Source: Lama guanicoe
Lineage: Eukaryota
DNA: 64,000 nt
Assembly (NCBI GenBank): GCA_013239625.1
Contig: MU053758.1
Coordinates: forward strand, 1,116,001 to 1,180,000
Direction: 5' to 3'
Shown one piece after another: positions 51,001 through 64,000 of this stretch; the first letter of the stretch is position 1, and each line of letters begins with the position of its first letter. The notes beneath the pieces were generated by a model. That model was not told where the DNA came from, searched no databases, and saw only the letters and a list, made by a program, of their open reading frames with translations. The translations under genes were made by a program, and so were the position numbers.

Positions 51001-51704
51001 CCCTTGACTCTCTGTTGGTCCTCACTCATAGCTACAGCCCAAGCTTTATTGTTGTTTACTTTTTAAGAGTTAATAGCCAACTCAGCCTTCTAAAGCCTGC
51101 TCATTCTACCTTAAGGATTTTCCCAGTAGCCTCTGCTTCTCCCCTTTTCCTCCTCGGGTTTTCTACATTCTCATCTTTTCACTTTCCACAGAGAAATCAA
51201 AGTTGCAGACTTTTCAAACCATCCCTGACACTCTTACATGCCCAGGGAAGGATCTGATGGGACATACACCTGGTTTAAATAATCATTTTTTTCCTTCCAG
51301 TTCCATCTGTGATCCTCAATCTTTCTGAGCATAAAAAATTAACAGAAGCTATGAAATGTGACTCCCTATTACACTTTGGCAGCTACTGCACTCCATCCCC
51401 AGGTGCACACACACAGCCACCCCTCCTTCTCCACTGCCCAGGGATGCCCTTCCTAACACTGACTCATCAGCTCCCTCTGCCCCCCTGGTCCCCTGCCCAG
51501 ACCGATGGCTGTCCACCAACTGCCCTGGAATCTTCCAGCAAGAACATTCCACCCATCCTTCCCCACAGGGTTCTTCCTTCTTCCCTGGTTCTTCCTACTC
51601 CCAGTCTACTTGGGATGAGGTCTGTGGAGTCTCAGGGAGGAAGGCAGCCTCCCCAGGAGCCCTTTAGGATTGAAGGCACTGGTGCATCCCTCAGCCTTTC
51701 TGTG

Positions 51705-51723
51705 TAGCCACCAGGAGGCGCTC
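51705..51723 (+). promoter_or_regulatory. Candidate CTCF site
   Basis: TAGCCACCAGGAGGCGCTC, close to the consensus TGGCCACCAGGGGGCGCTA. Confidence 0.65.
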
Positions 51724-54700
51724 AAGGCATTTCCAAAAGCGAATGCTGGGTTTTTAACCTTACTGGAGCTGAAAGGCAAGAACGGAAATGCAGTTGAACA
51801 AGCATTTGTTGAGTGCCCACTGTTTGACAGTCCCATGCCCTGATTTACATGGAAACGGAGTATGTTCTAGCCTCTACGAAGACTCCTTGAAAAGACTCAT
51901 TTGCCTCTTCAAGGAATCATTTCCTGCCAACCAGCTTGTCTTCCCGCCTGTGGTAACAGCATCCTCTCTGCACCTCAGCCTTTCCCCCGTACTCAGCCCC
52001 TCTCCACCCTTCCCTACCTTGGGACCACCGCTCCACGTCTGCTTCTCTGAGCCCAGGCTTCCCCACAGCAGACTGTCCCTAGGGACAAAGAGGGGTTGTG
52101 AATTTCCATGGGCGGGCACTGTCTCCTTTTCTCTTCTGGGTCTCTGACCCCCTTCTGTCAAAGCCCCATCTCAGTCGCCACCACTAGCCTCCTGCAAGTT
52201 CCCCAAACACCCTGAGTGCGGAGGGTGTGGATTCGGTGAGACCATTATCTGGGATGCTGGGCTCAGGAGCATAACTTCCTCACCTGGATGCACCGACCCA
52301 GCTGGCAGAGACTCGGGAAGTGGGTGACGGTGGTGATAACAATAACAGTAATAATATTAATAGTAACATTGGGACCCACAAAACAGCTGTGAAGTTTTCT
52401 CTAATGATCCCTTATATTTATAGATCTCCTTCTCCTCCTTGACTCTTCAGAGCCATTACCCAATGAACCCTCCTAGCTTCCCTAAGAGGGACAATTAACC
52501 CCTGTATTTTATGGCCAAGGAAACCAAAGCCCTGAGAAGGTGAGGGAGTTGGCTGAGGTTACACAGTGCATTCATGACAGCAGAATTTGTAAAGTAGCAC
52601 CCTCTCCTTCCTTTCCTCTATATCCAGGCCCACCTAAGTGTGCCCATATACACACACAGGCACATTCTCACTGTCCCCATTGCCGGAGACCTCAACATCT
52701 GGGTAAAGCTGGACCTGGAGTAAAGGATGGTTCCATGGATAACAAGGAGGGCCATCCCAGTCAGGATTGAGGAGGTCTTCTCAGAGCCAGCCAAGGCTCT
52801 AGGGAAATCTTTCTCTGTTCTGTTGGACATGCCTCATGTCTGGCAGTGTGCCAGTTAAGACCAAGACTCTCCAGACTGTGGGACTCACTAGGAAAGAAGT
52901 GTGGGATATTGGGGGGGGGCATGCAACATGTCCCCCACTGATAGTGCCAGGGATGTGTTCATCCCGAAAACCAATATGGGTGAGGAATCCCAATAATCCC
53001 TTCCAGCCACAGTATTGGAAATGACAACGTGATTCCAGTAAGGAGAGGAGATGTGGCAGTCCTAGAGAGGAAGGAAAAGGTCTCCTGAGCAAGAATGGCA
53101 TTTGTCTGGTCTACAGAAGAGGACAGTGCGGACAGGAGTGAGGGAGAGGGGGAGAGAGATGCTGCTGGCACCCGTGCCTGAACTCAGCTTCGAGTCTTCA
53201 ACAGGAAAGTCTAAAGAAATAAGGAGATGCTTTTTTCTAGTCTGAACTCAGAATGGAAAGGGGGAATTTTTTTTCAGCAGCAGGAGGGAGTAAAGTTATC
53301 TAATCTAAGAGCTTCCTGGTTATAGAAAGTAATGCCCTGGAGCAGGTGAGGGATGAGGTCAAAGTGGGATGACATGTGGCCAATAAGCACATGGGTTCCA
53401 ATTGGCTTGGATGCCAGGACTGGGAGAGTTATATGTGGGTGAGTCCCTGCTTGGAGCAAACAGCAGTGGAAACCAAGGTGACCACAGCCTTGCCATTCTG
53501 GATTCTTCAAGTCACCCATCCTTCTTGACTGGCTACCACCCACCAGTTCCACTCCTGACTCTTGTCTCACCCCTGAGCCCGTAGGCAGGCCCTGGGACAG
53601 TGCCTCCCTCAGCTCCTGGTTTCCTGGCTGAAACTCCAAGGCTCCACATGGCTGAGATTTTACTGGAGCTCCCAGCTGGGTCCCACCTTTGATCTGGCTT
53701 CAAAAAATAAAAAGCAGTACCAGCAGAGTAATTTGCCCAACCTGCTGGGGAGGAAGGCAGGCTGGAGGCAGGTCCTGACCAGCCCAGCCCACTCCTCCCG
53801 GAGCCTGTAGTCTGAACAGGATTGGGGACCAAGGGAGCAAAGCCATTCTTCCTCTCTGACTTTCCCCCTAACCCTGCTGGAGCACTGACCTCGAGTCAGT
53901 CTTCCTTCCTTTCCCCGCCTGCCAGTCAGCAAGAGAAAGGAGAAAAGGACGGTACAGCTGCACCCCCATCTTCTCCTCAGTACCAGGCTCCCCACCCCAA
54001 CCTCTTCCCTGCTGGGCTGGTTTGGAGCAGTGCCCTGCCTGGACGGGCAGTGCCCCTGGCCCAGTCCTGGGGAGTGCTCACGGACCACTCAGGGTGGGGC
54101 CTGGCGATGGGCAAATCTCTGTCCACCTGGCTGGGCACCTGAGACATTACTCAGCTGGCTGTCTCAGTGCCAGCTCCGGTCTTGGGAGGCTGGACGAAGG
54201 GGTGGGGAACAGAAGACTAGGCTGGAGAGAGGGTGGGTCAGTCTTTTATGGCGCTTCCTTCCCATCCTTCTCCCTGTGGTACTGCAAGCCTGGCCCAGGA
54301 TTTCCATCTTCTGGCCGTGGCCCTGCCCCCTCCTAGTTCAAAGGCTCTGGCTCCTCACCTGTCCCAGGATGCTTACCAGGCCCTTTTAAGTGGTTAGCAG
54401 TGCACCCCTCCCCCACCCAGCTGAGGTTTAGGGCTTCTCCATGCAGGTGCAGGGGATGTGGGGGGCCAGGGTGGTCGGGTGCAGAGTCCAGAGTTGGGGA
54501 GGAGGCAGAAACACACCCCTGAACCAGCTGAACTGCCCCCAGTGACGGTGAGCCTGAGACTTAGAGCCACTGACCAATAGATAACCCTTCCAAGAATGGG
54601 GAAGGAGACAGAGGTCTGGCCCAAGGGAGAACTGGCAGCTGAATTTGGTGGGCAAGAACTGAGGGTATGGGGCTGGGATCAGGTACCTTCCACTCATGAG

Positions 54701-56584
54701 ATTCCCAGCTCAGCCTTTTGGCTCATTGGCTGAAATGAGAGACAGCCACTGAGCTCAGGGGCCTTCTGTGTTTCTGTGTCCATATTGTGCAGTCCTTGTC
54801 TCCCTTCAGGTAAGACTTCTACCCCACATACACACTCTGAAAGTACTCCCTAAATATTGAGACTCTTCCAGAATTGGCCAGAACCCACCCACACTCCTGA
54901 CCCCACTTCCCCACTGTGGCCCTTTCCTCGCCTGGGAAAAGGGATCATGGGCGCCTGAGCCCCAGTGTCCCCAGAGGGAGGCCCTTCTGGAAGTTGTCCC
55001 CCTCCCTCCCCCTCCTTGCCCCAGGCACCGCTCCCTGACCTGGGGGCAGAGAAGAGTCCAGGGTGGGGGAGGAAGTTGAGAGTCACCTTGTCTCCAAGTG
55101 GGGCGGGGTCCACACCATGTTAACCATCTTTCTGGCAGCTCCAACCTGTTCTATTGGTGAGTAATTTTTTTTTCCTAGAGGAGAAAGGTGAAGGCCTCGG
55201 TGGGGAGTTATTCTGGCTCTGAAGTGTCCTTGCAGCCTCCCCAGGCCCCTCCAGGCCTTGTGCAAGAGCTGTAAATCTCTCACCGCCCACGGGCCTGGGT
55301 GGGGGTGGGGGGCTGCTGCTGAGACTTTCATGTTGGGAGGTTTTATGCATTTGCTCCTCTGACAGGCTCCACAGCTCCCGCCTGGGGCCTCTCCCTAGCC
55401 TGTAAAACTCCAGTCCCATAAATCTCAGCTGCCCCTCTAGGGGCCAAACAGCGTTCCTCCCACTCCACCCCCTACCCATAAGCATCTCCCCCAAAGAGAC
55501 AGACAGCTGACCCAGAGCAGAGGCAGGGAACGAGAAGGGCAACACTTGGGTGGGGGGTTTTTGAGGGCCGCCCTCTCCCCTGTTCCTCTGTATCAGCTGC
55601 TGCCGTGTTGGGCTTGGACCCTGTAAATAAATGATCTGTTGTGGCAGCTTCCAGTGCTGGAGGGGCTTCTGTTGTGTGTTGGGGGGCGGTCTCTGGTGGG
55701 GAGGCTCTTGGCCTCCACTGCCTGCCAGCATCCACCTGAGCCTCCTGAGACAGGTGGCTGTCTGTCTGCCAAGCCCCCAGGTGTAGTCAGAGGTGGCAGG
55801 CAGCCCAGTGACTGCCGCTTTCCTGGATCAAATGGGGAGCCTGAGGGACGGGGAATGGGGTAACAGTGGCTGAGACCTGGAGGGTCAGGAATGACTTTCA
55901 TGGTCCAGTGGGTTCAGTAGTAAAACAAAGCTCCTAACTTCCTAGTCTGATCAGGGAGGCTGGACCCTCAGCCAGGACTGATAGAGAAGGAGGGTCAGGT
56001 TGCAGTCCTTGGGGTTCTCCCTTGGAGGGAAAAGACTGTTCGGAGGCTCCCTCCTGGGGGAGAGGATACAGCCAGCCTGGGGCAAGGAATGGGTGTGGGA
56101 GCAGGTTTGCCAGGAATGTGAGGAGCCTGTGCTTGGCTCTGTCCTTCCTAGAATCAGAGTGGGGAAGAGAAGAGCAACCTTCCCACCAAAGATTGAGAGA
56201 GGAAAGGTGAGTGATGGGTTGCACACAGCCTCTAGGGCAGAGAACATGCAATTCCGGGTCTCACTGACCCTCCTGGCTTTTGGGGGCCTCCAGCAGCCCA
56301 GGCTTAGAAGGATTGCCTTCTAAATGGGAGGGACGGAAGACGGCCAGCCTGGTGGCTCTGTGCTGGTCTCTGGCTGAGACCCCAGGTGGACATAATCTCC
56401 AGGAGGGAGCAAGCAGAGCTGTGTTCAGCAAGAGCAACCTCAGAGAAGACCTTTCGGAAACCCAGGTTCTCTGCCCCAGAAGCCATCTTACCCACCCCTC
56501 CCCCATCCTGCCATGTCCAAATTCAGCCTGACTTACATCCAGTCTCTTCACTCCACTGCCAGGCTAAGAGAGTGCAAGTGGCTA

Positions 56585-56780
56585 TGATTATTCAACACTT
56601 AACTACCTGCTAGGCACTGCTCTAAACACTTTACCTGAACTTAGACCCACTTTACAGATGAGAAAGCTGAGGCACAGAGAGCTTAAGTAACTTGCCCAGG
56701 ATCACCCAGCTGGATAATGGCACAGTCAGGAACAGCCTGGCTCCAGAGCCTGTGTTCCCCACCCCTGCTCCCGACTGCAG
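56585..56780 (-). repeat. MIR SINE
   Basis: tttacagatgagaaagctgaggcacagagagcttaagtaacttgcccaggatcacccagct. Confidence 0.8.
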
Positions 56781-59700
56781 AAGTCAGAGGTGCGATCATG
56801 GAGACCAGAGCAAATGGCATCCTCTGCACCTCCTCTGGACTCCCACAGAGGCCAGCAGGGGCGGTGTCCTCTTTCTTCAGGTTAGGAGCAGTGTGGCCTA
56901 ATGTTCTAGTCCTGTCTGGGGGCCCTCTGCCTCCCTGGGGATGCCCACCTCGGAAGCAGAGTCAGCGTCAGGCTGCTGACTCGCACTGGGTGTCCTGCTT
57001 CCGCTGGCGCCCAGCAACCATCGCGAAGCTACACTAGCGAAAAGTGAAACTGACTCAGCCGGTTTCCCGCCCCCCACTGAGGGAAATGGGGAGCAGCCTT
57101 GGCTGGACAACAACCAATTAGGCACTGTTTATTATCCACACTGACGATTGTCATAATCCTCAGAGCTTGGCCAGGACGAAGAAGAGGAAATGGGATTGGA
57201 TGGGAGTCCGAGAGGCCTTCAGAGTTCATCCCAGCCATCCCCTTGCTTCTGGATGGGAGAACTTTCCTTCAAGTGAGGCCTGCATCCATGAAGTCAGAAG
57301 GTCTCTGTGTCTCATGAGAGTCCTTCGGCCTCAGAAAGGATCTTCTCTTGTCCTCAGGGAAGAGGAATCCCAGGTCTGTTTATTCCCTGGATGGACGAGG
57401 TCGCCAGGGAGCTAGGCTCCTTCTAGGATGTATATGCAATCATGGAGGCCTCTGGTTGGGGCCACCTGGTCATTGGCATCAGGGGTGAGGAAGTCACTGA
57501 TTTTTCAAGTGCAATCTGACTTACCTCTCAGACCATCCATCCCCTCCACCAGACTGAACACTCCTCAGGAAAATCTTCCCAAGAGAGGGCCAGGCCTCAT
57601 CCTCTACCCTTTCCCTCGGGTGCCCAGGGTGGAGCTTCGTCCACAGTGGCTTCCCCCTGTTGTCCATAGAACAAGGATTCTGGCCTTGGCCCAAAGTGGG
57701 CTGCACTCTGGTTGGGAAGGGCAACCATTGCCTGTCAGAGCCTTCACTTCCTCATCTGTAAGATGGGGTAGTAGTAAGACCAACCTCGATGGTCGTCATG
57801 AAGATTCAGTGATAAAATGTGTGTCTGGCCCTTGGTAAGAGCTCAGTAAGTGAGAGCTCTTATTAGCAATTTGGGCAGCTGGCAAAAGGGAAGAGACTCC
57901 TTCCTGGGCAGCAGCTTTCTGCCTATCAGAAACCAGGAAGGGGTATGGTGGTTTCTCTGCCAGGGTGGTGATGGTCTCAAACCCAACAGAGATGCTCATC
58001 CAGCATGGGGGTGGAGGGTGGGGGGTGTGGGCGGGGATGTATACAATGACCTCTCCCAGACCATGGATCCCAAAATCACCTGAAAGAAGGAGGAGACAGA
58101 AAGAGGTGGAAATGCATCCAAGCTGAGCACACATCCGCTTTCTCGGTCATGGATGGAGCTATGCCCCTGCGTTCAGAGTGGTCCACAAGCTGCTTCGCAT
58201 ATTGATGCTGCCTCTCCTCACTAGGAAGGGGTCCTTGAGTTTGATGGATGCTGTGAGGAAAACGAGGCGCTGCCTCCGCAGCTGGTTCTGCCCTGAGTAA
58301 GGACCCTGGGTGGAGCTGAGCAGGTTGACACTTGGCATGGAGCCAGGGCTCTCAGGTGGGCGGGGCAAGCAAGTGGGAGGAGGGGACATTACGAAAGAGG
58401 TGGGACAGACCCGCTGCACTCTGTATTGGGCCTCCAAGGAAGAAGCAAGTGGGAAGGGGAGGGTTCCTTAGGAGGAGGCGCTCAGAAGCTCTTGGGGAAA
58501 TCTTAGGGGAAAATGTTCTCTCTTCTTCCCTCTTCAATTTCAACTTAAAAGTCGCCTCCACTGGAAAGGAAGCCTTTCCTATCTGCTGCCATCACTCCCT
58601 GGGCTTACCTTTGGGGTGATCTGTTTACAGGAGTGGAGAAATGAATGTGCCTGCCTTACGTCGCCCTCCTCCCTCCCCACTGCTGTTGGCTATGCTTGCC
58701 AGTGGGCAGGTCCTGTACCCAGCACTGGGAGTAGGTCCAGATGGAGACTGTTTTAGGGAGCTGTTGGTTAGATAGGGGAGACATGGTTCTAGACCACAAA
58801 GGTTTCCCAGTCTGAGAGGGAAGACAGAACACATTCCTGATTCATCATGAGTCCAGAAACAAGGACAGACAGCAAATACATGGAATTCTTGACTTGGTGA
58901 TAGAAAAATGGGAAGAAAATCTGGGGTGGGGGCTTCCTAGAGGAAAGTAGGTGAAGTAGATTTAAAGGGAGACGTCAGTGAATGCCATTTATCTGTAAGC
59001 TATGGCCATTTATCTGAAGAAAAAACTGCCTGAGACTTCATAGTAAATCTAAGCTAGGAGTCCAAATCTCCCATTTTTCCCAGGCTAGGGGGCGGGCTGG
59101 AAGACTGGAAGACGGGCAGGGATGGCGTAGGAGTGGGAGGGGGAATGTGTCATTTGGTGAAGTTGCTCCCTGGCCCATGGATGACCCAAAATCACTTAAA
59201 TTAAAAAGAGAGAGAGGCGAGTTGAACAGGTCCCCGTCTGGTGAGTCAGGGAGCTGGCTGGTTGTCTGATCCTATGAGCCAAATCCTCAAATCTCTGGGG
59301 CTTTAAAGGCTCCCTGTGTCCGGCTTTGACCGCCAGGTAGGGATCTGCCCCCTCCCTGACCTCCTCCTCTTCCTGCCCTTTTGCTGCTCTCTGACCTCCA
59401 ACCTTGGGGCCCCAAAGGAATCATTCTCCCTGGAAGGCTGAGGTACTTCTCCCCCTACCCAGATTTGGGGTAGACCTGAATAAAAATGGCAGGATGAAAG
59501 TGCCATGCAGGTGAGCACAGGGCAGGCAGGGCCAGAGGAATCCACGCTGTCTGGCTGATGGGAGGCCTGGCCAGTGCTGGATCCCACCCCAGCAGCCACA
59601 ATGGAATTTAATCGCGTGTAAGAGGGTGCCAGGAGCAGGAGTTTGTAGTGTGGGAGAGATGGAAGATCCACATGGGTCCCCAGAGCCCCTTTATATGGAT

Positions 59701-60830
59701 GCTAATTGCCATTAGAGGGAAACACTGCAGGGGACAGGATCTTTCAACCCTTTAGGGACACCAGGGAATCCCCCATCAGCCCCAAGCCAGGCCAGCCCAG
59801 AATGTCTCCTCAGGCACTTCCAAATCAAGACCCTTGAACTGTCCAGTGGGAAGGACCCCTAAGGCGGCATCTAGGCTATCTGCCTGTCCCCAGGCACATG
59901 CACAGAAGCACGTCTCCTTGGCAGAGCCAAAGACTCCATATGTCCCAATTCAAGACAGACAAGAAGTGGGATCTGTGCTCCCTGCTTTGTTTGGGGACAG
60001 GAAGGGAAAGGGTATCCCTTGAGCCCCTGGACACTCTCCGCCAGCCCACAGGAGCTGGCACCACAGGCCTGCGCCTGACTGGCGGGGGAGGCTCAGAGCC
60101 TGGCTGAGCCCCAGTCTTAGAAGGGGGGGAGACGGTGGCGAAGGGGTGGGATGTCTCTTCCGCCTGGTAGATTAGGACTCTGAGACAGGAGAGGGCCTGT
60201 CACCAGGCCCATAAATAAAGCAGCTGAGTCTCTCCCTCCATCTGTGTTTATCTGTCTGGCCTTGAGTTTCCGGGAGAGGCGATGTCTCGGCACCCCCAGC
60301 ATCAAACGCCAGGCGCAGAGGGGAGGGGGGCAGCCTCTTGCCTCTGCTCTCTACCTCTGTTTCTGCTTCCTCAAATCCCTTCCTCTCAGTCCCTCTCTCT
60401 TTAGCCTGGTCACTGACTCCAGGAGGCCCTCCGAGACCAGGGGGATGGAGCAGGTAGGGTGAGGAGTGTGGCCTGAAGTCTCCACCAAACAGCTCCACCA
60501 TCCCTCCCCATTGGTGCTGACCCTCCGTGGACTCCAGAAAGGGGGCCCGAGACCCTGACGGAGGTAAAGGGCAGCAATCAACAGGCTGCTGGGGACCTGA
60601 GTGTATGAGACCCTCCGCAGCGACAAGCAGCACCAGGAGAAGGAGGCAGGCCTGCTCCTTAGGATGGTGAGGGACCAAGAGGGGACTGGCAAGCAGAGAG
60701 CCGGCCCTGGGAGAAGACTGCATCTCCCCTCCTGCTCCAGCTGACTCTTCCTCTCAGCATCCTCCTCTCCTCTTTCTTCCTCCCTGGGGCTTTGAAGCCC
60801 CAGGCTGTTCTTGGAACCCAAAACATGCCA

Positions 60831-61017
60831 CCAGAGCTTTTTAAAGTGTAGTCCCCAGACCACTTGCATTGATATCACTGGGAAAGGGAAGGAGGAATAC
60901 TTGTTTAAATGCGTGTTCCTGGGCTTTCACAGAATTACTGAATCAAGAGGGGCTTGAGACCTGTTGTTTCAATGAGCATCCCAGGTGATGCTGGAGTAAC
61001 TGAAGCTTGAGAACACC
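60831..61017. mobile_element. MER5-family hAT element
   Basis: aaagtgtagtccccagaccacttgcat..ttgtttaaatgc..actgaatca..cccaggtgatgctg..gcttgagaac. Confidence 0.65.
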
Positions 61018-64000
61018 CCCTTGTGCTAATATGAAGAGAGGCACTCCTTTCCACCACATCCCCAAGGCCCAGCTCAGTGCCTGAGATGTAGTAAGTGCTC
61101 AATAAACGTTCATTGGGTAAATGTATCTCCAGACAGTGACTTCTCCTTCTTCTACTCCAGGCCTTCTTCCCTGACCTCGCCAACAACCCCAACTCTCTAG
61201 GGAGGGGGTATTCCAAGTTCCTGCTTTCTGCTGAGGTGGTAATACATCAGCCAGACCCCTCCCCCACCCAGTGTCACAGGTCTTTAAACAGAATACACCT
61301 GCATTCATCACTGGCATTCACAGAAACACCCTAATGGCAGGGATTTTAGGCTCATGGGCAGGTAGGTGGGGAGCACTCACTGGTGCAGGTGAGGCCCCTC
61401 AGAGTCGCCATGGGGAACCACCTCCATCACCCACCCATGGGAGCAATGGTAGGGGACAGGGCTCCTGTGCTGAGGGCAAGGAGTGGCAGGAGCCAGAGAA
61501 GGGGCAAGTCATAGAGAAGGAAAAGTAGAGAAAGTATGTCAAAGAAGAGCCACAGCTGGATGAGGTCTAAGGAAGAGGAGAGCACACCTGTTGCACAACT
61601 CAGGTCAGTGGCCCCTGCAGTTTTCCAAAGGCCAAGGCATCCCAGTCAGGAATGTATGAGCATGTCAGTTCTCTCTGAGCCTCAGTTTCTCTGCATGTCA
61701 AATGACCATCTCTGGACTCTTTCAGACATGGAGCCCTCTCCTTGGCCAGCCTGTGTTGCCGCCTCTTTGTATCTGGTTTGCCTTGCATTTCATTGATTTT
61801 CCTAAGCTGGACCAATACATGTAGCATACAAATTAGTAACAAGTGGTGGGGTTCCAAGGTAAGGAGTCTCTGAACTGAAGATGGAAGATGTGGATGAAGG
61901 ACACTTAGGAAGATGCTCACAGCTCCAGTGGTCCCCCCTGCCCCCTCCACCAGGCTTACTCTGACAGCCTTTCCAGCTCTGGAGGGGAGAGGGCAGTCCA
62001 GTGCACTGCAGGCCCAGGAAGTCTAGGAGGGGAGTGGGCAAGGACCCAGGCGTCTGTGGGTGGTGAGGGCCGCTCTGGTGATCAGGGTTCTCAGGCTCCC
62101 CAGGGCAGCAGGGAGCCTGGGAGCCAACTCCAGGAATGCACTAACATGGCAGGTGGCAAATACTTGCCCTGGGGCCATAGGGAGGGATGAGGGAGGCAGG
62201 AGGCTGGGAGAGAAGGAGGAGGCAGATGCCAGGCCAGAGTTTCCTGAGGAAGGAAGAGGCAGAATTCCTCCTGGGCCTGAGAGGGAGACAGCAAAATCTG
62301 CCATGCTGGCTGTGGCCGAAAGTTGAAGGAGAAGTTGAGAAATCAGCCAGTGAAGACCTGCGAGAGGCAAGCTGTCTGGGTCCCTCCTCCCCATAGAATG
62401 GCTCCTGCTGAACCAGGCTTGGGGCAAGTAGAGGAGGCAGAGTCCTTAACCCTAGGAAAAAGTCCTAATCTGATGGTGGAGACACGGTCCCACCTTGATG
62501 GTGGCCTCTGTCGTAAGGACACAGCCCAGGTCCTTGGGAAGCCCCTACCTAGTCCAGTGGAAGAGACCCAGTCCTTGCCTGCAGCCCAAGGTGGAGGTGG
62601 GGGCACAAAGGGATACTACACACACTCTCAAAATTACTTAGGAGTTCTTTCAACAATGTATCGACAAAGCCAGACCTAGGAGACAAATAGAGCCTTTCAC
62701 AGATGGAGGGGACCCCAACATAAAGGAGCAATCAGCTCAGCAGGGTTAACCAGGGGAGGCTTCCTAAAGTGGATTTTGAGTGAGATTTTGAAGATAGAGA
62801 AAGACAGGGGTTAAGGGCTCACCCTCTGTTGACCTGGAGCAGGGAAGGGTGAGAGCTGGCGAGGATAAAGAGGGGGACAGTGATCTCAAAGGCCTCTTGG
62901 CAGCAACACTGGATGGCCCTGGTCCAAGGAGGGGACTCCATGTCTAGAAGAGCTTTTTTCCATAGATGGTTATTTGATATTCAGGGAAATGGAGCCTTAG
63001 AAAGAAGTGACTTGAACAAGATGACCCAGGAGGTTAGGGGCAGAGTTGAGACCAGAGACCAGATTTTAGGGCTCCTAGTCCTGTACTCTTTCCCCTCCCC
63101 CAGCTGGCATGCTGATAACCTAGGGCTATTGTCAGAAGGTTCCAAGAGCCCTGCCATCCTCCAGGTGGGCTGTTGGTACAGGGGAAACTACCTGAATCTC
63201 TTAAGGCCTCTTTTTCCCCATCTGTACTTTGGGCTCTTTCATCTAAGGAAGGGAAAGTCCTTTGCAGGAAGGTCCCAACTGAATCCAAAGTATTAACAGG
63301 ACTTTCTAACAGTTTTCCTGTAGCCAACACGGGGGAATGGAGAGAGGGAGGGAGGCCAGCGGAGGCTGGGGCACCCCTAGCTGATCCGGCACACCTTGCT
63401 TCCAAACAAGCCAGATCTGAAGGTTTTTGAGGGAAAAAAAAGAAGACAAATTTGCATTTGATTTGCATATCAATTGTGTGAATTCCAGTCCTGGCCAAGT
63501 GCTCTGGAATCTCCCTGGCTCCTGCTCCCTCCTCTGTGGTTTCCCCACCTGCCTGAGAGCCTCCTGGTTGCCAGTTGTGTGGCCACAGATGGGGAAGAGG
63601 GGGGTTCAGATGTTGGTCGTCGGCTTCCCCAGGACCAACAAAGAGCCTTCAGCGCGCCAGCCATGCTCCAGGCCCTCCTGGCCTCACTCCCCTGGGGTGC
63701 CCAGGAGGCCTCCCTGAGGCCTTGTGGGAGGCTCCGGGCTGGCTGAGGGATGGCTCTAATCAGGCTGAGGGCCTCCTACAGCTCTGCCTTCCCCAACCAG
63801 GACCCCCTCTGAGGGTAACCCAGCGGGAGTCCCTCGGGCCCCCCTGCCCGCGGGGGCCGGTGAGAGTGGTCCCTGCACCCTCAGCCTCCTCGCCCTCGGC
63901 AAGGCCGGGCTCTCAGTGGCAGTGGGCCGGCGAAGGGCTGTCCCCTCCCACTGGAGCCAAATAATTGCCTCCTGCTTTGTTGTGTGGTGTCTGGGGCCCG

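Noticed and set aside
55120..55731. 203-aa ORF and other ORFs in 50-64 kb as a possible SP6 or novel gene
   Set aside because: No Buttonhead box or C2H2 fingers and no coherent exon chain; SP6 is expected beyond the window
55425..56865. CTCF-like strings near 55430 and 56850
   Set aside because: Each has a one-base indel in the G-run that breaks the core GGC register

Overview
Mammalian genomic DNA, probably a camelid (inferred from the style of the L1 3' ends and the absence of Alu, PRE1, Bov, SINEC and ERE SINEs). It carries the PRR15L - PNPO - SP2 block, syntenic with human 17q21.32 and inverted in this window. PRR15L (+) has one coding exon at 6422-6724. PNPO (-) has 7 coding exons, 16349->11660, 261 aa. 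SP2 (-) has 7 coding exons, 47473->24563, 613 aa. All exon boundaries were read from the sequence and give intact ORFs. The rest is CpG-island promoters, introns and intergenic DNA rich in MIR, L2, L3, L1, MLT1, ERV1-type solo LTRs and hAT elements. About 16 kb beyond the SP2 promoter is non-coding, on the SP6 side by synteny. I found no new protein-coding system. The most notable signals are regulatory: (1) a ~42-bp-periodic decamer-N9-CCAAT array in the SP2 promoter; (2) a Met-Ser-stop uORF whose stop overlaps the SP2 start codon (TAATG); (3) a GC-AG intron and a NAGNAG acceptor at SP2 exon 2; (4) a stop-free, in-frame PNPO intron 4; (5) a weak-Kozak, presequence-like PNPO N-terminus; (6) a CCAAT-TATA-donor cassette for a divergent SP2 transcript.
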